A program made the translations under genes and the position numbers. The notes under the pieces were generated by a model, which saw only the letters and a program-made list of their open reading frames with translations, made no database searches and was not told the origin of the DNA. A stretch of DNA of 64,000 bases. Source: an uncultured virus (IMG/VR IMGVR_UViG_3300008120_000124). Taxonomy: Duplodnaviria > Heunggongvirae > Uroviricota > Caudoviricetes. Numbering within the stretch: the first letter of the stretch is position 1; each line of letters starts with the position of its first letter. Shown in pieces: positions 31,043 to 44,300 of the stretch. Location of the stretch: IMG/VR virus record IMGVR_UViG_3300008120_000124. One strand, given 5' to 3'.

Positions 31043-34000
31043 TACATTTACAAAAGGTATAAATACGGATCTTCATCCAAAGTTTCAAGAAGACGGAACT
31101 TACCGATTCGCCTTAAATGCTGTATTAGAAACTAAAGATGGAGAACTTCCTTCCATATCAAACGAAGCTGGAAATTCTGCTTGCAGTATAAACTTTCCAG
31201 TAAACAAAAAAGTAATTGGACACGCTTTAACTGAAACTGATGAGGTTATAGTGTTCTTATACGATCCTGCAGGACAACATGAAATAGGAAAGTATTCAGG
31301 TTCTAACTGTCAATACACCAGTATAGTAATTGCTTCTTGCTTAAACTTTTCTGATAAGTATCCTATAAACGCTTTATATAAAGTAAGAAACGGATGTGAT
31401 GGTTATATATACTTTACAGATAACTACAATGATTATCGAGTAATGAATATAACTGATGTATTCCAGTATTTAGGAGATGGGGCTTTAATTTGCCCAAAGA
31501 TAGAATTTTCTAGAGATTACACAATTCCTAACATTACCTTAGACACCATAGAATCTAATAGTGCTGGAGCTTTAGAAGTAGGTGTGTATTACTTTGCAGT
31601 TAGGTTTTTAGATAAGTATAATAACTCCACTAACTGGGCAAATGTTACTAGACCTGTAGTTATAGGAAACGGTACTTATTCTTACTTAGATGACGATAGT
31701 ACTGTTAATATGTACGATGGTGGTTCAAACGATATTAACTCTGATTATTACGTTAAGCCTCAGCAAAAGCAAATAAAGTTTACAGTAAGTTCTGCTGATA
31801 ATATATTTGATTATTATCAAATAGCAGTTATTAAAAGAACAACAGATGAAGGTAATATCTCAACAGTAGATGTTCTTCAACCACAGCCTTGGAATGGTTC
31901 TACAGAAAGTTTTGTTTACACTGGTAATCCAAATGATGTTGTTTATCAATCAGCGTTAGATGATATACTAAATGACAAAATAAAGATTAAAAAGGTATTA
32001 GCTCATACATTTGAAACTAATAGACTCTTTTTAGCAAATACTTCTGGAGATTATAGAGATTACTCAAAGTATCAAAGATACGCTTCTAAAATAAAAACAG
32101 AGTTTTATAAACCTCTTTCAGGATATGACGAAGTAGATAATAAAACTAGGCAGGGTGTTTATTACTTTGACGAAGGCTCGTTAATGGAAGATGAAGTTTA
32201 TTCTTTAGGAATAGTATATGTTTTTAGAGATGGAACCGAGTCTCCAGTATTTCATATTCCCGGTAGGCCCGCTAATATAACTATTACTGGTTCTAATCCT
32301 TTAATAGGAACGAACGGTGTTACTACAGATGGAGCTAGCTGGGACACTGGAACAACAACTGTTTATGGTGATAATATCTCTACCAACCTTAGATGGAAAC
32401 AAATATCTACTGCAGCAGCACAACCACATGCAGGTTTCTCTTATATTAGAGGTTATATGGGTTATCATGAAACTCAAACTACTTATCCTTACGTAGAAAC
32501 TTGCGATAACAATGCAGATGGATACTGGGGAAGAGATTATTGGAATAACTTAATAGAGCCCTACAATACTGCAATAAGACATCATAGGATGCCTGGAGCT
32601 GAAATAAGAGACTCTTTAAACAATGTTACTAATTTTAAAGTAGGGCTTTTGTTTTCAAATGTAAGTTACCCAGCTAATGAAAATATAGTTGGGCACTACT
32701 TTGTTTACGGAGATAGAACATTTGAGAGAACAGTTTTGGCTAAAGGAGCTTTTGTTCCTCTTGAAGTTCAAGAAGGAGAAGGTGTTACTAGAAGGTACGA
32801 ATTTACTGTTTATCCAAATAATTATAATGGAAATTATAATGGGGGATCTTTAGCTCCTGCTGATTTTAATTGAACTATAAATAATGGTATAGGTATTAGA
32901 GCTAATGAGTTTGCTTTTATTTCTTCAGAAGGTGTGTTTAAAGAAAAGTCTTTTGATGGAGCTTACGTTAAGTTTGAGAAAATCTATTTAGATAAAAACT
33001 GGGTAAGTGCAAACTCTGATATTTACAGCGATGCTACTAAGTTAAAAGAGTTTAACTCTAAAGAAAGTTATGATGTAAATGTCCACAGTCGAAGAACTTA
33101 TAGGTACTTTAATAAATACAATCTTCCAACTGTTAGTGGTATAAACCATAATATTCAGAATAATTTATTTATTAATAAAACTTATCAAGGCGCTGTAGAA
33201 GGAAACTCTGCTTACGAACATGTAAAAGATTGGACGTTTGTTAATAATAGTGTTAGCATACCTCTTCATTTATTAAAGTTACAAAGCGGTACTGAAGCAC
33301 TTGCCCCACTAGGAGATTGGAGAAACAAAGCTTTCTTTGGAAGTATAAGACAGTTTAAAGATGTATTCTCAAACTTATATACCATTCAGTATAAAAAGCT
33401 TCAGAACAAAACTCTTTACGCCACAAATTTAAATACTAGTTTTATTGTACTAGGAGGAGACACCTCAGTATCCAGACTTTCATTAATGGAATCCTCTTTT
33501 AAGCAAACTGGAATTGTTTCTGATACCACACCAACTACTTTAGATGCTTATAGTGTTTTCTTTTCTTTCCCAACTCAAGATACATACTTTAATCCAGAAT
33601 TTAGAAGTAGCGCTAAAGATCAGAAGCTAGATTACTTTAAAAATAAGAATGCATCTACTACCGCTGATAACTTAGAGGATATGTTTTCTTACGTTTTAAG
33701 AAAGTTATATTCTCCAGACGTAAAAGATGTAATTATAAATCCAGAGATATATAATTATAATAATTCTTTTTCATTCTTAGATGGACTAGAAATAAAGTAC
33801 CCAATAGCGTTTAATTATAAGTTTTGTAATCTTTGTATAGAAGATCATCCATACAGAATATGGTATTCTCAAAAAGACGATAACACTTCTTTAGAAGATA
33901 AAAGTAGGATAATACTTCCTAATAATTATACAGACGAGTTAGGAGGTAATTCAGGACCTGTAACAGATTTGTTTGTTAGTTTTAATAAACTATACGCAAC

Positions 34001-35282
34001 TACTCCAAAGTCTATTTTCTATATACCGACTAGACCTCAAAATATAGAGACTGATGTTAATACTATTTATCTTGGAACTGGAGAAGTCTTGGGAGTTCCT
34101 CCACAGGAAATGAAAAACTCAATGAACGGATTTGGTGGTCAACAGCATTGGTCTTCTAGATTACTTACCGAATACGGTGCATTTTATATGGATTCTTTTT
34201 CAGGAAGTCCTATTATGCTGGGAGGATCAATAGAAGATATATCAATGTCTGGTATGAGAAATTTCTTCCAAGAAAATGGGGAGTTTAATTTACCTAAGCA
34301 GTTTAAGTTATTAACAAACCAAGAATATCCATTTATATCTCATGTGTCTCCAGTTGGATTTGGATATAAAAGTGTTTACGATCCTAGGTACAAAAGATTA
34401 ATTCTTACTAAGAAAGATCATAAAATAAAAGCTAACTGGATTTCTAAGTTTCTTTATTACCCAACTACAACTGATAATCCCGGATCTGTTTCTGTTGCAA
34501 ACGATAGACTTTGGTTTAATAACCATTCATTTTACTATAAAGATAAAACAGGAACTAACAATAAAGTATCATTAGAGGATTCTTATTTCTTTGAGAATAA
34601 ATCTTTTACATTATCTTACTATTTCTTAAGTAAACATTGGGTATCTTTCCATTCTTACATACCTACGTATTCTTTTTCAGATTCTAATTCATTTTACTCT
34701 CAAAAAGATTATACTAATATCTATAAGCATGGAGAGTTAAATTACCAAAAGTATTACGATATTAAATACCCGCACATTGTTGATGTAATATTAACAACGT
34801 CGCCTCCAATTATAAAAACAGCAGGAGCAGTTGTACTTTGCGCATACAGTTCATCTGTAGATGTAAACTCAAATACTTTCCAAACAGAAACACCTTATAG
34901 TAAAGTAATATTTTATAATTCCTCTCAATCATCTGGAGTTCAGTCTTTAGTTGCGCCATCTCCTTTTCAACTAGATGTTTCTAATGGAGTAGCTTTTACT
35001 AAACTTACAGATAGACAGTGAAGAATAAATAATATTAGAGATTTAACTGTATCTAATAACCAACCTATTTGGGCATCTGATTGGAATTCTATTCAAAGCT
35101 CACCATTTTCTTATATAGATAAAATACCCAACTTAGCAAATATAAATTATAGTAAATCTTTCTTTAATTCTAGCAGATTAAAAGACTATTATTTAGGAGG
35201 AAGATTTTTCTTTGAGCCATCTACCGATGTTAAAGTTTCTTTAGATTTGCTCATGACTACTACCCAAAATAAACAACGATAA
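31029..35282 (+). CDS. tail muzzle/stabilisation protein; 2 in-frame TGA (32871, 35019)
   Basis: One frame of 1417 aa to TAA 35280-35282; FTKGINTD..P...YRFALNA N-terminus; TDRQ*RINNIRDL. Confidence 0.85.
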
Positions 35283-35300
35283 ACCCAAAAAACAAATATT

Positions 35301-38300
35301 ATGTATATTGATCCAATGGCAGTTAAAGCTGCTGATAAAAACAAACTAAAAGCTATTCAGTTAGATCTGAAAAGCAAGGGCTTATACACTGGAAGAATAG
35401 ATGGTATTTATGGCCCACTTACCGCAAGAGCAATAAGTAGCTACAACACAAGAGTGTCTAATGAGCAACCAAGACAAACTAATCAGTATAACCAAACAAC
35501 TATGGGGAGACCTGTATTTGCAAATGTTCCACGTGAAAGTACTGGTATGGCTCAATTCCCCCAAATGCAAGGAAACACAAATTATGATTGGGCTCCTCAA
35601 TCTATGAATTACTTAAACACATACGGACTTCGTGGCGATAGTGATACGGTAGGAGAAGATTACATAGGTTTGGGAAGACCTTCTGCTACAACATCTCCAA
35701 GAGGATACGAAGAGTCGGGCAAAACTATTATGTCTATGGGCTCTAGAGGAAAAGAAGTAATAGAACTTCAAAAAGAACTTAAAAAAAGAGGTTTATATAG
35801 CGGAGCTATTGATGGAGTTTATGGAGCTAAAACTAAAGAAGCAGTAAAATCCTTTCAAAGAAACTTTAATAAACAAGACAATATGATGGGTTCATATTGG
35901 CAAGATAACAAAGAAGTTAGAATTGGAAATTCTTGGGATAGAGATCGTCTTGCAAAACGTCGTGTAGATGTTGATGGTATAGTAGGTGATCAAACAAGAG
36001 CTGCTCTCATGGCTAAAGATATTGGACCAAGACCTAAAACTCAATACGGTCCAATTGAACCAATGGTCACTCCATACAGCAGAGGATATAACGTAACTGA
36101 TAATAGAGTTATGGGAGCTGGTGATTATTTTAATGCGCCTGCTTCTGTCGCACTTTCTTCTCTTATGCTCGGAAGTGCTCTTGGACCAGTTGTTTCTGGA
36201 GCAGGTGCTGAGTTAGGGGCTGCAGAAGCTTTGGTAGGAAGACAAGCAGCTGCAAACGCATTAAATGCCGCAAAAGCTGCTGGACTTTATGGTGGAGGAA
36301 TGCTCCCTTTTCCTATGGGGGGTACTACCGCAGAAATTGGTAGTGGAGATGCCTTTAATGGCATTTACGGTAACACGCCTTACCGCCCCGAAAATTCCTA
36401 TGCTGAAGGAGGTCTTATAGAAAAAAGAATGGCAGAATCTGCAGCGTTTAGCGCTAGTAGAGATAGAATACTAAATGCTTATAATAACCCAGGGGTAGCT
36501 TCTGCTGCCCCATCTCCTGCAGCTAATTTTGATTTTGTAACAGAAACCCCAATGCAACCTGATAGACCATTAACACCTCAACAACCTATTTCACAAGGGC
36601 AACAAGATGTTAATGCTATATTAAAACTTCCTTATAAAGAAAGAAGAATAGCACACCACAATCCCGGTAACATAAAGTACGGTAAGTTTGCTTCTCAATA
36701 CGGAGCTGTTCAAGGAAGAAAAGCTACTGATGGTGGTTACTTTGCAATATTCCCAGATTGGGAATCTGGAATGAAAGCCAAAAAAGATCTTCTTACTAGT
36801 AGAAATTATAAAAACTTAACTCTTGATGAAGCCATGAAACGCTGGTCTGGTTATTATGTAGAACCTAAACCTGGTCAACAAAGAGGGGGTTACGGTGCAG
36901 ATAGGATTGCCCCTAAACTAGCTAACAAACGTATGTCTGAAATGAATGAAGATGATCTTAATCTTATCATGAAGAATATGGCTAGAATAGAAGATGGCGA
37001 TGTTTATAAACTTCTTTACAAAGGCAAAGCTATGGGAGGACAAATAGAACCTATGAGTTATGCTGGTGGCGGTTATTTAGATATTGCTATGGCTGCTGGC
37101 CAACAATTAGGAAACTTGGCAGGTAGAGTTCAAGATATAGCTAATCCAACTGCAGACCCAACTCAAGGAGATTATAAGTTTAATTGGGGCGATGCGTTAA
37201 ACCCTACTAAAGGGGGAATACTTTTAGAGCTTGCTAAGAAAATGTCTATGGATAAAGAAAGAAGTAATTATGTTATGGGAGCTTCTCCAGGTAACTATGC
37301 TGAAGGAGGAATGATTTCTAGATCTAAAGCAAGGGAGATACTCCATGATGGTACTGTTCATGGAAAACCAATAACAGAAAAGCAGCGTAGATTCTTTGGT
37401 TATATGGCTACTAGAAAAGCTGAAGGAGGAATGATAGCTGGAATGTTTAATCCAACAGCAGGTCCAGATTTACTTAACCAACCCCCAACTGTTAGAGCCC
37501 TTCTTACAGGAAACACTTCTATGCCAATGAAAGATAATTCATTTGCTATGGGAGGAAACATTGGCTCTTCTATGAACTCGTATGCAACTGGAGGAGACAT
37601 GAAAATATCTGACTCTTCATTTGTAGTAGATGGTAATCCGTCAATTTCAGATGGTAACTACTATCCACAACTCAATGTAAAGTTAGACCACGGTGAAGTA
37701 GTAAAAGATAACTTTGTATACTCTAACAAACTTAAAGACCCAAATACTAATATCACTTTCGCTAACTTAGCTAAACCCATAGAAAAGTCTACAGGTAAAT
37801 CTGAGAACTACCTTAGAAAATTTCCTAACGATCCTATAACTAATAAAACTGTTGGGTTAAATAATAGGTACTTAGAGTTTTTGAAAAATCAACAAGAAGA
37901 TTTAGCTACTTCTATGGGGATGAGAGATCAAGAAGCTCAAGGTATGGCTTATGGTGGAATGGTTAAAGGTTACGCTACTGGCAGTCAAATAGGTGGCCCA
38001 GATCCAATGTATATGGGCATAAGTAATACCCTTTACTTCGACCCAGTGTCCTCTAAATTTAAAATGCGTGGTGTTACTGGAGATTATATGCTTGCAGATT
38101 ATAATGTGATGGCTCCTAAGAGTGTTAGAGCACAATACCCAACAGCACAAGATTGGATAAGAGGAAACCAAGGTAACATTGACAGCTTTAAAAATCAATA
38201 CTACCCAACAACTACTTCTACAACTCAACAAAAAGGTACTCCTATAGTTGGAGGATTTACACCGCCAAAAGCATCCAGTAATTTACCGGACTTTATACCA

Positions 38301-39419
38301 TCAACTGTTTATACACCAAAAGGACCAATGCCTCCAAAGATAAATCCTAATTGGAGTATGAAAGAGTTAACCCCAGATGAAAAACAAACTATAGCTACTG
38401 CGGAGTATAGAAACGCTTATGAGCAAAAATATGCCAGTGACAAGTTTAAAACAAGCCCAAGTTGGTTAAACTATTTGAAAGACGAGGAAACTCTTCAAAA
38501 AATAAAGGATGATAAGGAGTATTCAAATATGATGGCTGATTTTAACCAAGCTTATGAGCTAAGCCCTGAAGGACCGCAAACAGATTTAGGCTTCACCACT
38601 CCTAATCAAAGAGCAGATATGCTTGGTAAGATGTACGCAACTGAAGATCCAAATTTTATGCCCAACGTACAAAATGATGGAATGGATAGCAATCTAACTA
38701 TGGCAAGCAAAGTTACTAACCCCGAAGGTGGGCGTGGAAAAGGATTTGCTTCTAATTGGACTACTGGAGATTACTTAAATGCAGCGACGGTACTTGGAAG
38801 ATTTGGTCAGTTGATAGGTGGTCCAGAAGTAGAGAAACCTATTTATGATATGACTCAAATATCTAGAGCTAACTACGATCCTGCTAGCCAACTTTATCAA
38901 GCTAATAGACAAACTTCTGCAATGCTAAATAGAGCAGATGTTCCTTCTATAAATGCAAGGACAGCTCTTGCTAATAATATGCTCGGTCAAAGATTGAATC
39001 AAGAGTCTCAGATAAGATCTCAATATGATACAATGAATCGTCAGGCTTTGTTAGATTACGAGAATAGAGTTGCTACTCAGCGTAGATATAATATTGCACA
39101 AGATCTTGCTACTAATCAAATGAATGCTCAGAATAGAGCTGCATATAAAGAGGCTTGGGATAACGCGATGACTTCTCTTGGAGGATTCGGAACAGCGTTA
39201 AATCAGAAGCAGCAAGGTACAGACGTACTAAATATTTTAAAAACAATGTACCCAGATGTTTATAGAAGAATTATGAACGGAGAAAAAGTTAACTTAGCAG
39301 AAGAAGCTCCCGCTGCAGCTAAGACTGAAACTACCCCAGCTACTAAATATCTTGGAGGAATATTAAAAGGATATTATTCAGGAGGTAAAATGAAAAAAGG
39401 AGGAAGATATGGCCGTTAA
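35301..39419 (+). CDS. virion cargo protein with peptidoglycan-binding and lysozyme-like modules and AxGG repeats
   Basis: 1372 aa; PG-binding IDGIYGPLT and IDGVYGAKT; HHNPGNIKYG..FAIFPDWESG; about 12 (Y/F/K/M)AxGG-like motifs. Confidence 0.75.
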   Translation: MYIDPMAVKAADKNKLKAIQLDLKSKGLYTGRIDGIYGPLTARAISSYNTRVSNEQPRQTNQYNQTTMGRPVFANVPRESTGMAQFPQMQGNTNYDWAPQSMNYLNTYGLRGDSDTVGEDYIGLGRPSATTSPRGYEESGKTIMSMGSRGKEVIELQKELKKRGLYSGAIDGVYGAKTKEAVKSFQRNFNKQDNMMGSYWQDNKEVRIGNSWDRDRLAKRRVDVDGIVGDQTRAALMAKDIGPRPKTQYGPIEPMVTPYSRGYNVTDNRVMGAGDYFNAPASVALSSLMLGSALGPVVSGAGAELGAAEALVGRQAAANALNAAKAAGLYGGGMLPFPMGGTTAEIGSGDAFNGIYGNTPYRPENSYAEGGLIEKRMAESAAFSASRDRILNAYNNPGVASAAPSPAANFDFVTETPMQPDRPLTPQQPISQGQQDVNAILKLPYKERRIAHHNPGNIKYGKFASQYGAVQGRKATDGGYFAIFPDWESGMKAKKDLLTSRNYKNLTLDEAMKRWSGYYVEPKPGQQRGGYGADRIAPKLANKRMSEMNEDDLNLIMKNMARIEDGDVYKLLYKGKAMGGQIEPMSYAGGGYLDIAMAAGQQLGNLAGRVQDIANPTADPTQGDYKFNWGDALNPTKGGILLELAKKMSMDKERSNYVMGASPGNYAEGGMISRSKAREILHDGTVHGKPITEKQRRFFGYMATRKAEGGMIAGMFNPTAGPDLLNQPPTVRALLTGNTSMPMKDNSFAMGGNIGSSMNSYATGGDMKISDSSFVVDGNPSISDGNYYPQLNVKLDHGEVVKDNFVYSNKLKDPNTNITFANLAKPIEKSTGKSENYLRKFPNDPITNKTVGLNNRYLEFLKNQQEDLATSMGMRDQEAQGMAYGGMVKGYATGSQIGGPDPMYMGISNTLYFDPVSSKFKMRGVTGDYMLADYNVMAPKSVRAQYPTAQDWIRGNQGNIDSFKNQYYPTTTSTTQQKGTPIVGGFTPPKASSNLPDFIPSTVYTPKGPMPPKINPNWSMKELTPDEKQTIATAEYRNAYEQKYASDKFKTSPSWLNYLKDEETLQKIKDDKEYSNMMADFNQAYELSPEGPQTDLGFTTPNQRADMLGKMYATEDPNFMPNVQNDGMDSNLTMASKVTNPEGGRGKGFASNWTTGDYLNAATVLGRFGQLIGGPEVEKPIYDMTQISRANYDPASQLYQANRQTSAMLNRADVPSINARTALANNMLGQRLNQESQIRSQYDTMNRQALLDYENRVATQRRYNIAQDLATNQMNAQNRAAYKEAWDNAMTSLGGFGTALNQKQQGTDVLNILKTMYPDVYRRIMNGEKVNLAEEAPAAAKTETTPATKYLGGILKGYYSGGKMKKGGRYGR

Positions 39420-41367
39420 TAGATTTTACAAGGGGACGCCTTACCAAGCGTCCCTTTATACTCCGCCTGTGGAATTTATTGCTACAGCTTTAGAAGCTGC
39501 ACAAAAGCAATATGATGTTAACTACGAAGCTCTTTCTAAAATTAGAGATACCTACATTAATGCTAGAGATCCTGATAAACCTAGGGCGGCACAGAAAATG
39601 AAAGAATATAGTGATGAAATAGATGCTATTGTAAGCAAGTATAATGGGGACTATTCTCAAGCCACTAAAGATCGTAGAGAATTAGAAAGAAAAATAAAAA
39701 CTGACTTCTCTCCTAATGGAGAAATGTACGCTATCCAAAATGATTATAATACAGAAGTAACTGCTATACAAAATGCTAGAAAAAGATTGGGGTCAAAAGA
39801 AAATGGAATAGATACGCTACAATTTAATGCTTTAAAATCTTGGTATAAAAAACAACCTGGAGTTACTTTCGATAAAGATAAAGGTATTTGGAGTAGTATA
39901 GAAGCTATAGATTTACCAAATGCTTATGACTTGCCTAAAAACTTTGAAGAGTACATGACAAAAGTTCCAGAAAGAACTACCGAAGAAATGCGTGCTACTC
40001 AAGACGTTACTTTAGATGGTTATCATGTATTTGAAAAAGTTAAGTTAAAAGGCAAGGATTATAAGGAGGCTAGTACAGGTTGGAAGGCAATGTTAAACAG
40101 TGATTTTGCTTATCAATCATATATTCAAATGCTGGCTAAATTGACAGATCAAGATCCGAATGCTTTTTCAGAAGCTATTACATCTGACTATGAACAAAAT
40201 ATTATACCCGGTAGAACTGGGTTTACTGAAGTTGGAAAGGATTATGAATTTGTTAGAGACTACAAAGCTGAAGAAGCTTTTAAAGCAGCAACTAAAGCTA
40301 AAACACAAGGCTTTGGTGTAGATATGGACAATAATGGTGGATTTGTTACTAGTAAGTTAAAAGTTGCGGGTAATGGAGCGGCTGCTCCAGCATTAGCTCC
40401 AACTTCAAAAGCAGATGGAGAACTTTCTCCATTTATGCAAGGAGTTCTTACTTTAGGTGCGTATGTCAATCCACAACTTGATGTTTTATCTAAAGCTTTA
40501 GAACCATTAAAAGACGTGCCAATTCCATATTCTGAATTAATGACTTCTCCAAAATATTCCGGGCTTAACAGAGACAGGTTAAAATCTATAAAAGAAGCTA
40601 ATCCAAATATGTCGGATAAAGATTTGATTAATCTTTATAATAAAGAGGAAAAGGAAAATAATTTAATGTCTAATGTACATTATGTGGCGTTTAACACTAC
40701 TAGCGCTGCACAAGAAGCTGCAGATAGATTACTTCCAGGGCTAAAAGCAGGAACATCAAAAGTATTTAAAATTTCAGCTGATACTGGAGAAATAACAGAG
40801 TATACCGGTCCAGATAAAGAAACTATATACAATAATTTAGTAGTCCCAGAACAAGAGAAAAAAGGAGTTATTAAATCTAAGCAACCAGCTTTAGGTTTTG
40901 CTATGGGATACACAACACATCTTCCTAGTGGTTCAGTAATCATTCCAAATCCAGCTGCATCCGGCGCATTTGATGGAAGTTCTGCAGATGTTTATGCTAT
41001 AGCTCCTGCTAGAAATGATTTTGAAAACGCTCAAGAAAAATTATTAGATCAATTATTTAGACCATTAATAAATGGAAAAGGTAGTACGCCAATTCCTTTT
41101 GGTAAAAAAGTTGATGGTACGCCAGCGTACGTTGTTTCAAAAAAATCTTATGTTAATGGTAGAGAAGTAGTGAGTTTTCACCAAGCTAGGTGAAATGAAA
41201 AAGGACAACCTGAAATAGAGGCAGAGCCAATATTGGCAGATGATGGTTCAGTTCTTGGACCAAATGCAATGGAGATGTTTATTATGAAAGATCTTTTTAT
41301 GAACATACTACCTAGAGACACTAAATGGATGTTAACTGCCGAAGCTTTGCAAGCACAATCAGACTAA
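39409..41367 (+). CDS. virion cargo protein; 1 in-frame TGA (41191)
   Basis: MAVNRFY start. After TGA the frame continues 57 codons to TAA 41365-41367, 15 nt before the next ATG. 652 aa. Confidence 0.75.
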
Positions 41368-41382
41368 TAAATAAAATTATAT

Positions 41383-44300
41383 ATGCCAAAAATTAGCGAT
41401 TTTATATCACCTGCTACGTCAGCTGCTTTTAAAGAACCGGCTTACTTAGAAAAAGGTGAAAGAATGAACTCTGCAAATACATTTTTAAATAATCTATTTG
41501 GAAATTACTATGACTCAGGTCTTAGAGATTACGAAGACCAACAAAATCTTAGGTTTAATAATCAAACAGGATTAAATACATTTTTTAACTTTGCAGGAAA
41601 TCTAGGTTTAAGAACTTTAAAAGCTCCAGTCGCTTTAGCTACTGGGGTAAGTTCTTTAGGTCATGGAGCAATGAATTTATTAGATGGAAATCCTAAAACT
41701 ACTTTTTCAGAAGGATACGATGCAAATTTATTAAGAGATCTTAATGAATCTTTAGGTTATTCTATAGATGACGCTTTTCCAACTTTTAGAGAAATGGGTT
41801 TTGACGAAAGAACTTTTATGCAACAGCTCAGTGATCCTGGGCAATTGGGCACTTCTTTAAGAGAAACGATAGGCATTTCATTTGAAAGTCTTGTTGGAGG
41901 AGCTTGGTTAGGAAAAGTAGGATTCGGAGCAAGAATAGTTTCATCTTTAGCTAAACCACTTAGTTATACAAAACTTTTTCAAACACTACGTCCAAATAAT
42001 TATGCTAAAATTGTTAGTGTCTTAGATGAAAGAATTGCATCAACTTTGTTAAGGACACATGAATCTGGTGCTGAAGCTCATGACGCTTGAAAAGCTACTG
42101 TTTCTAAACTAAAGGCAGATAGGGACGCTGGTAAAAATGATTACACTGACGAGCAAATAGCTCAAATAGCAGATAAAAATTTTGGTAATGTATTTGCCTC
42201 TGACATGGTGTTGGGGGCAATTACAGATACAGCTTTTATTAGGTTATTTAGACCTTTATTATCTAAAGGGGCTGTTGCTAGCAGAGCTAACAAGTTTGGA
42301 TTAAAGTTAGCAGATTCCCCAACATTAGATAATTTTATAGAAGCAGCTCCTTCAAAAGCAACGGGCTTTAAAAAATACATGGAAGGACGAGGAGGAGATT
42401 ATATGAAGTTGGGTAAAGAACTCGCTATCCAAGCTTTCTCTGAAGGTATGGAAGAAAACATACAGTATTCCAATCAAAAAGTAAATGAAGGTAACAACTT
42501 TAAACAAAGCTGGTTAGAAAACGCTTACTCCGCACTTAATAATTTAGTGTCTGAAGGTATATACATGACGGATGAAGATCGCATAAAAGCAGTAGGTGCC
42601 GGTGCACTTATTGGTGGTGGATCTGCTATTGCCACTTCTTTACCTGTTGTTGGAAGACCATTTGGGGGAGGTGTTTTGGGAGAAGCAAAAAACGAAAGAC
42701 TTCAAAAACAAAAAGCTAAAGAAGACCTCAACAAAGCTTACACAGATTTTGTGAACACTTCTTTAGTACAAAACGAAGACGATACGAAAGGAAAACTTAC
42801 AAGGGAAGAACAACCTGATGGCACTGTTAAATACACTCATCAAGTCGGCGACACAAATACTGAAATAGATGAAGAGCAGTATAATACTATTGCTGAGCAA
42901 GTGTCTTTAGATGAAGATGGTAATTATGTAATACGTGGGGGAGTAAAACTTGATGATCAAGGAAATGTCATGAAAGACATGGTAAAAGCTGCTGAGTTCA
43001 CAGCTAACATGAGAGTTCAAGGAGAGTTAGATAATTTAATAGATTTGGAAGCTATGAAACAAGAACCAGATCCAATTAAGTTAAAGTTGTACGAATTAGA
43101 AAAACTTTCTAATTTAGCTCAAACTGCTTTTAAGAGTGGAAGCACTGATTTGCTTATGAAAAAACTCGAATCTTTTAAAGACATGGGCGAAGCTTCACTT
43201 AAAAGATTTGGAATAGATTCCCCACAAGAAGTAAATGATAGGATAGAGTTTTATAAGGAACATGTAGCTAAACTTGAAGCTAATTACTTACAGACTACAA
43301 ACGGCATGGTTGCTCCAGTTTATGGAGAAAAAGATGAAGCAAGATTTCAAATGCTTAAAAATTATGCTGGAGGAATTGGAAATAGATTAGTAAATCTTTA
43401 TTCTTTAGTTGAAGATTTAGATAGGCAGATATTAGATGTATCTTCAAAGATACCTAATAAACAAAAAGCTGGTTGGATAATGAATGCTTTTTCTACAGAT
43501 AATTTAGAAGGTAGAGAACAACAAAGTCCAAAAACTTCGCCTGAAGAAGCTAGACTTGCAGAATTAGTTACTAAGAAAAAAGACCTCAATGATGCAATTG
43601 AAGACTTAGGTAAAGTTTATGATAGATTAACTAATCCGAGAGAAGGACTTAAAGAGTACAATAAATTAGTATCAGCTAATAAACTTTCTGAGTATAAAAC
43701 ACTTAGAGACGGCCCAAAAACTTTTTTAGCTAACGATCAAACTACACCGCAAAGTTTTAAATCTTTTGTCGCAAAGCGTTCTAACATGCTTAGGCAAAAA
43801 AACAAACTGGATACAGCAAGAACTATGTTTTATGCTGATCACTTAAACGATTTAATAAATTATATCAAACTAAATGAAAATAGATTAGAAGATGTAATAG
43901 AGTCGGTTATGGATGTTTATGATAAAGTTACTAAAGAAGGTACCTTTATATATCCAGATCAAGCTTTAAAATTAAAAGATGCGATTAACACAACTCTTTC
44001 TCTTATAGAACAAAAGGAAAAAGAACTTCTTGTAAGGGGAGGTATGACTGAACAAGATTCTTTATTGGATCTTGAAGATATGCTAGTAAATGAAAAAGCG
44101 GAAAATACTATAACAGAAGAAGATGCAAAATTGTACTCTGAGCTTATAAGTTTTAGAAGAGCAAAAAATAAAATGAGAGATTTTAAAGAAATGCAATCTA
44201 AAATAGACTCTCAAATATCAATTTATGATATATCTAAATCTGACTCTGACTATGTACAAGATGTATTAGATGAGCTTCTTCAAGGTCCAAAAAGGCTTTT

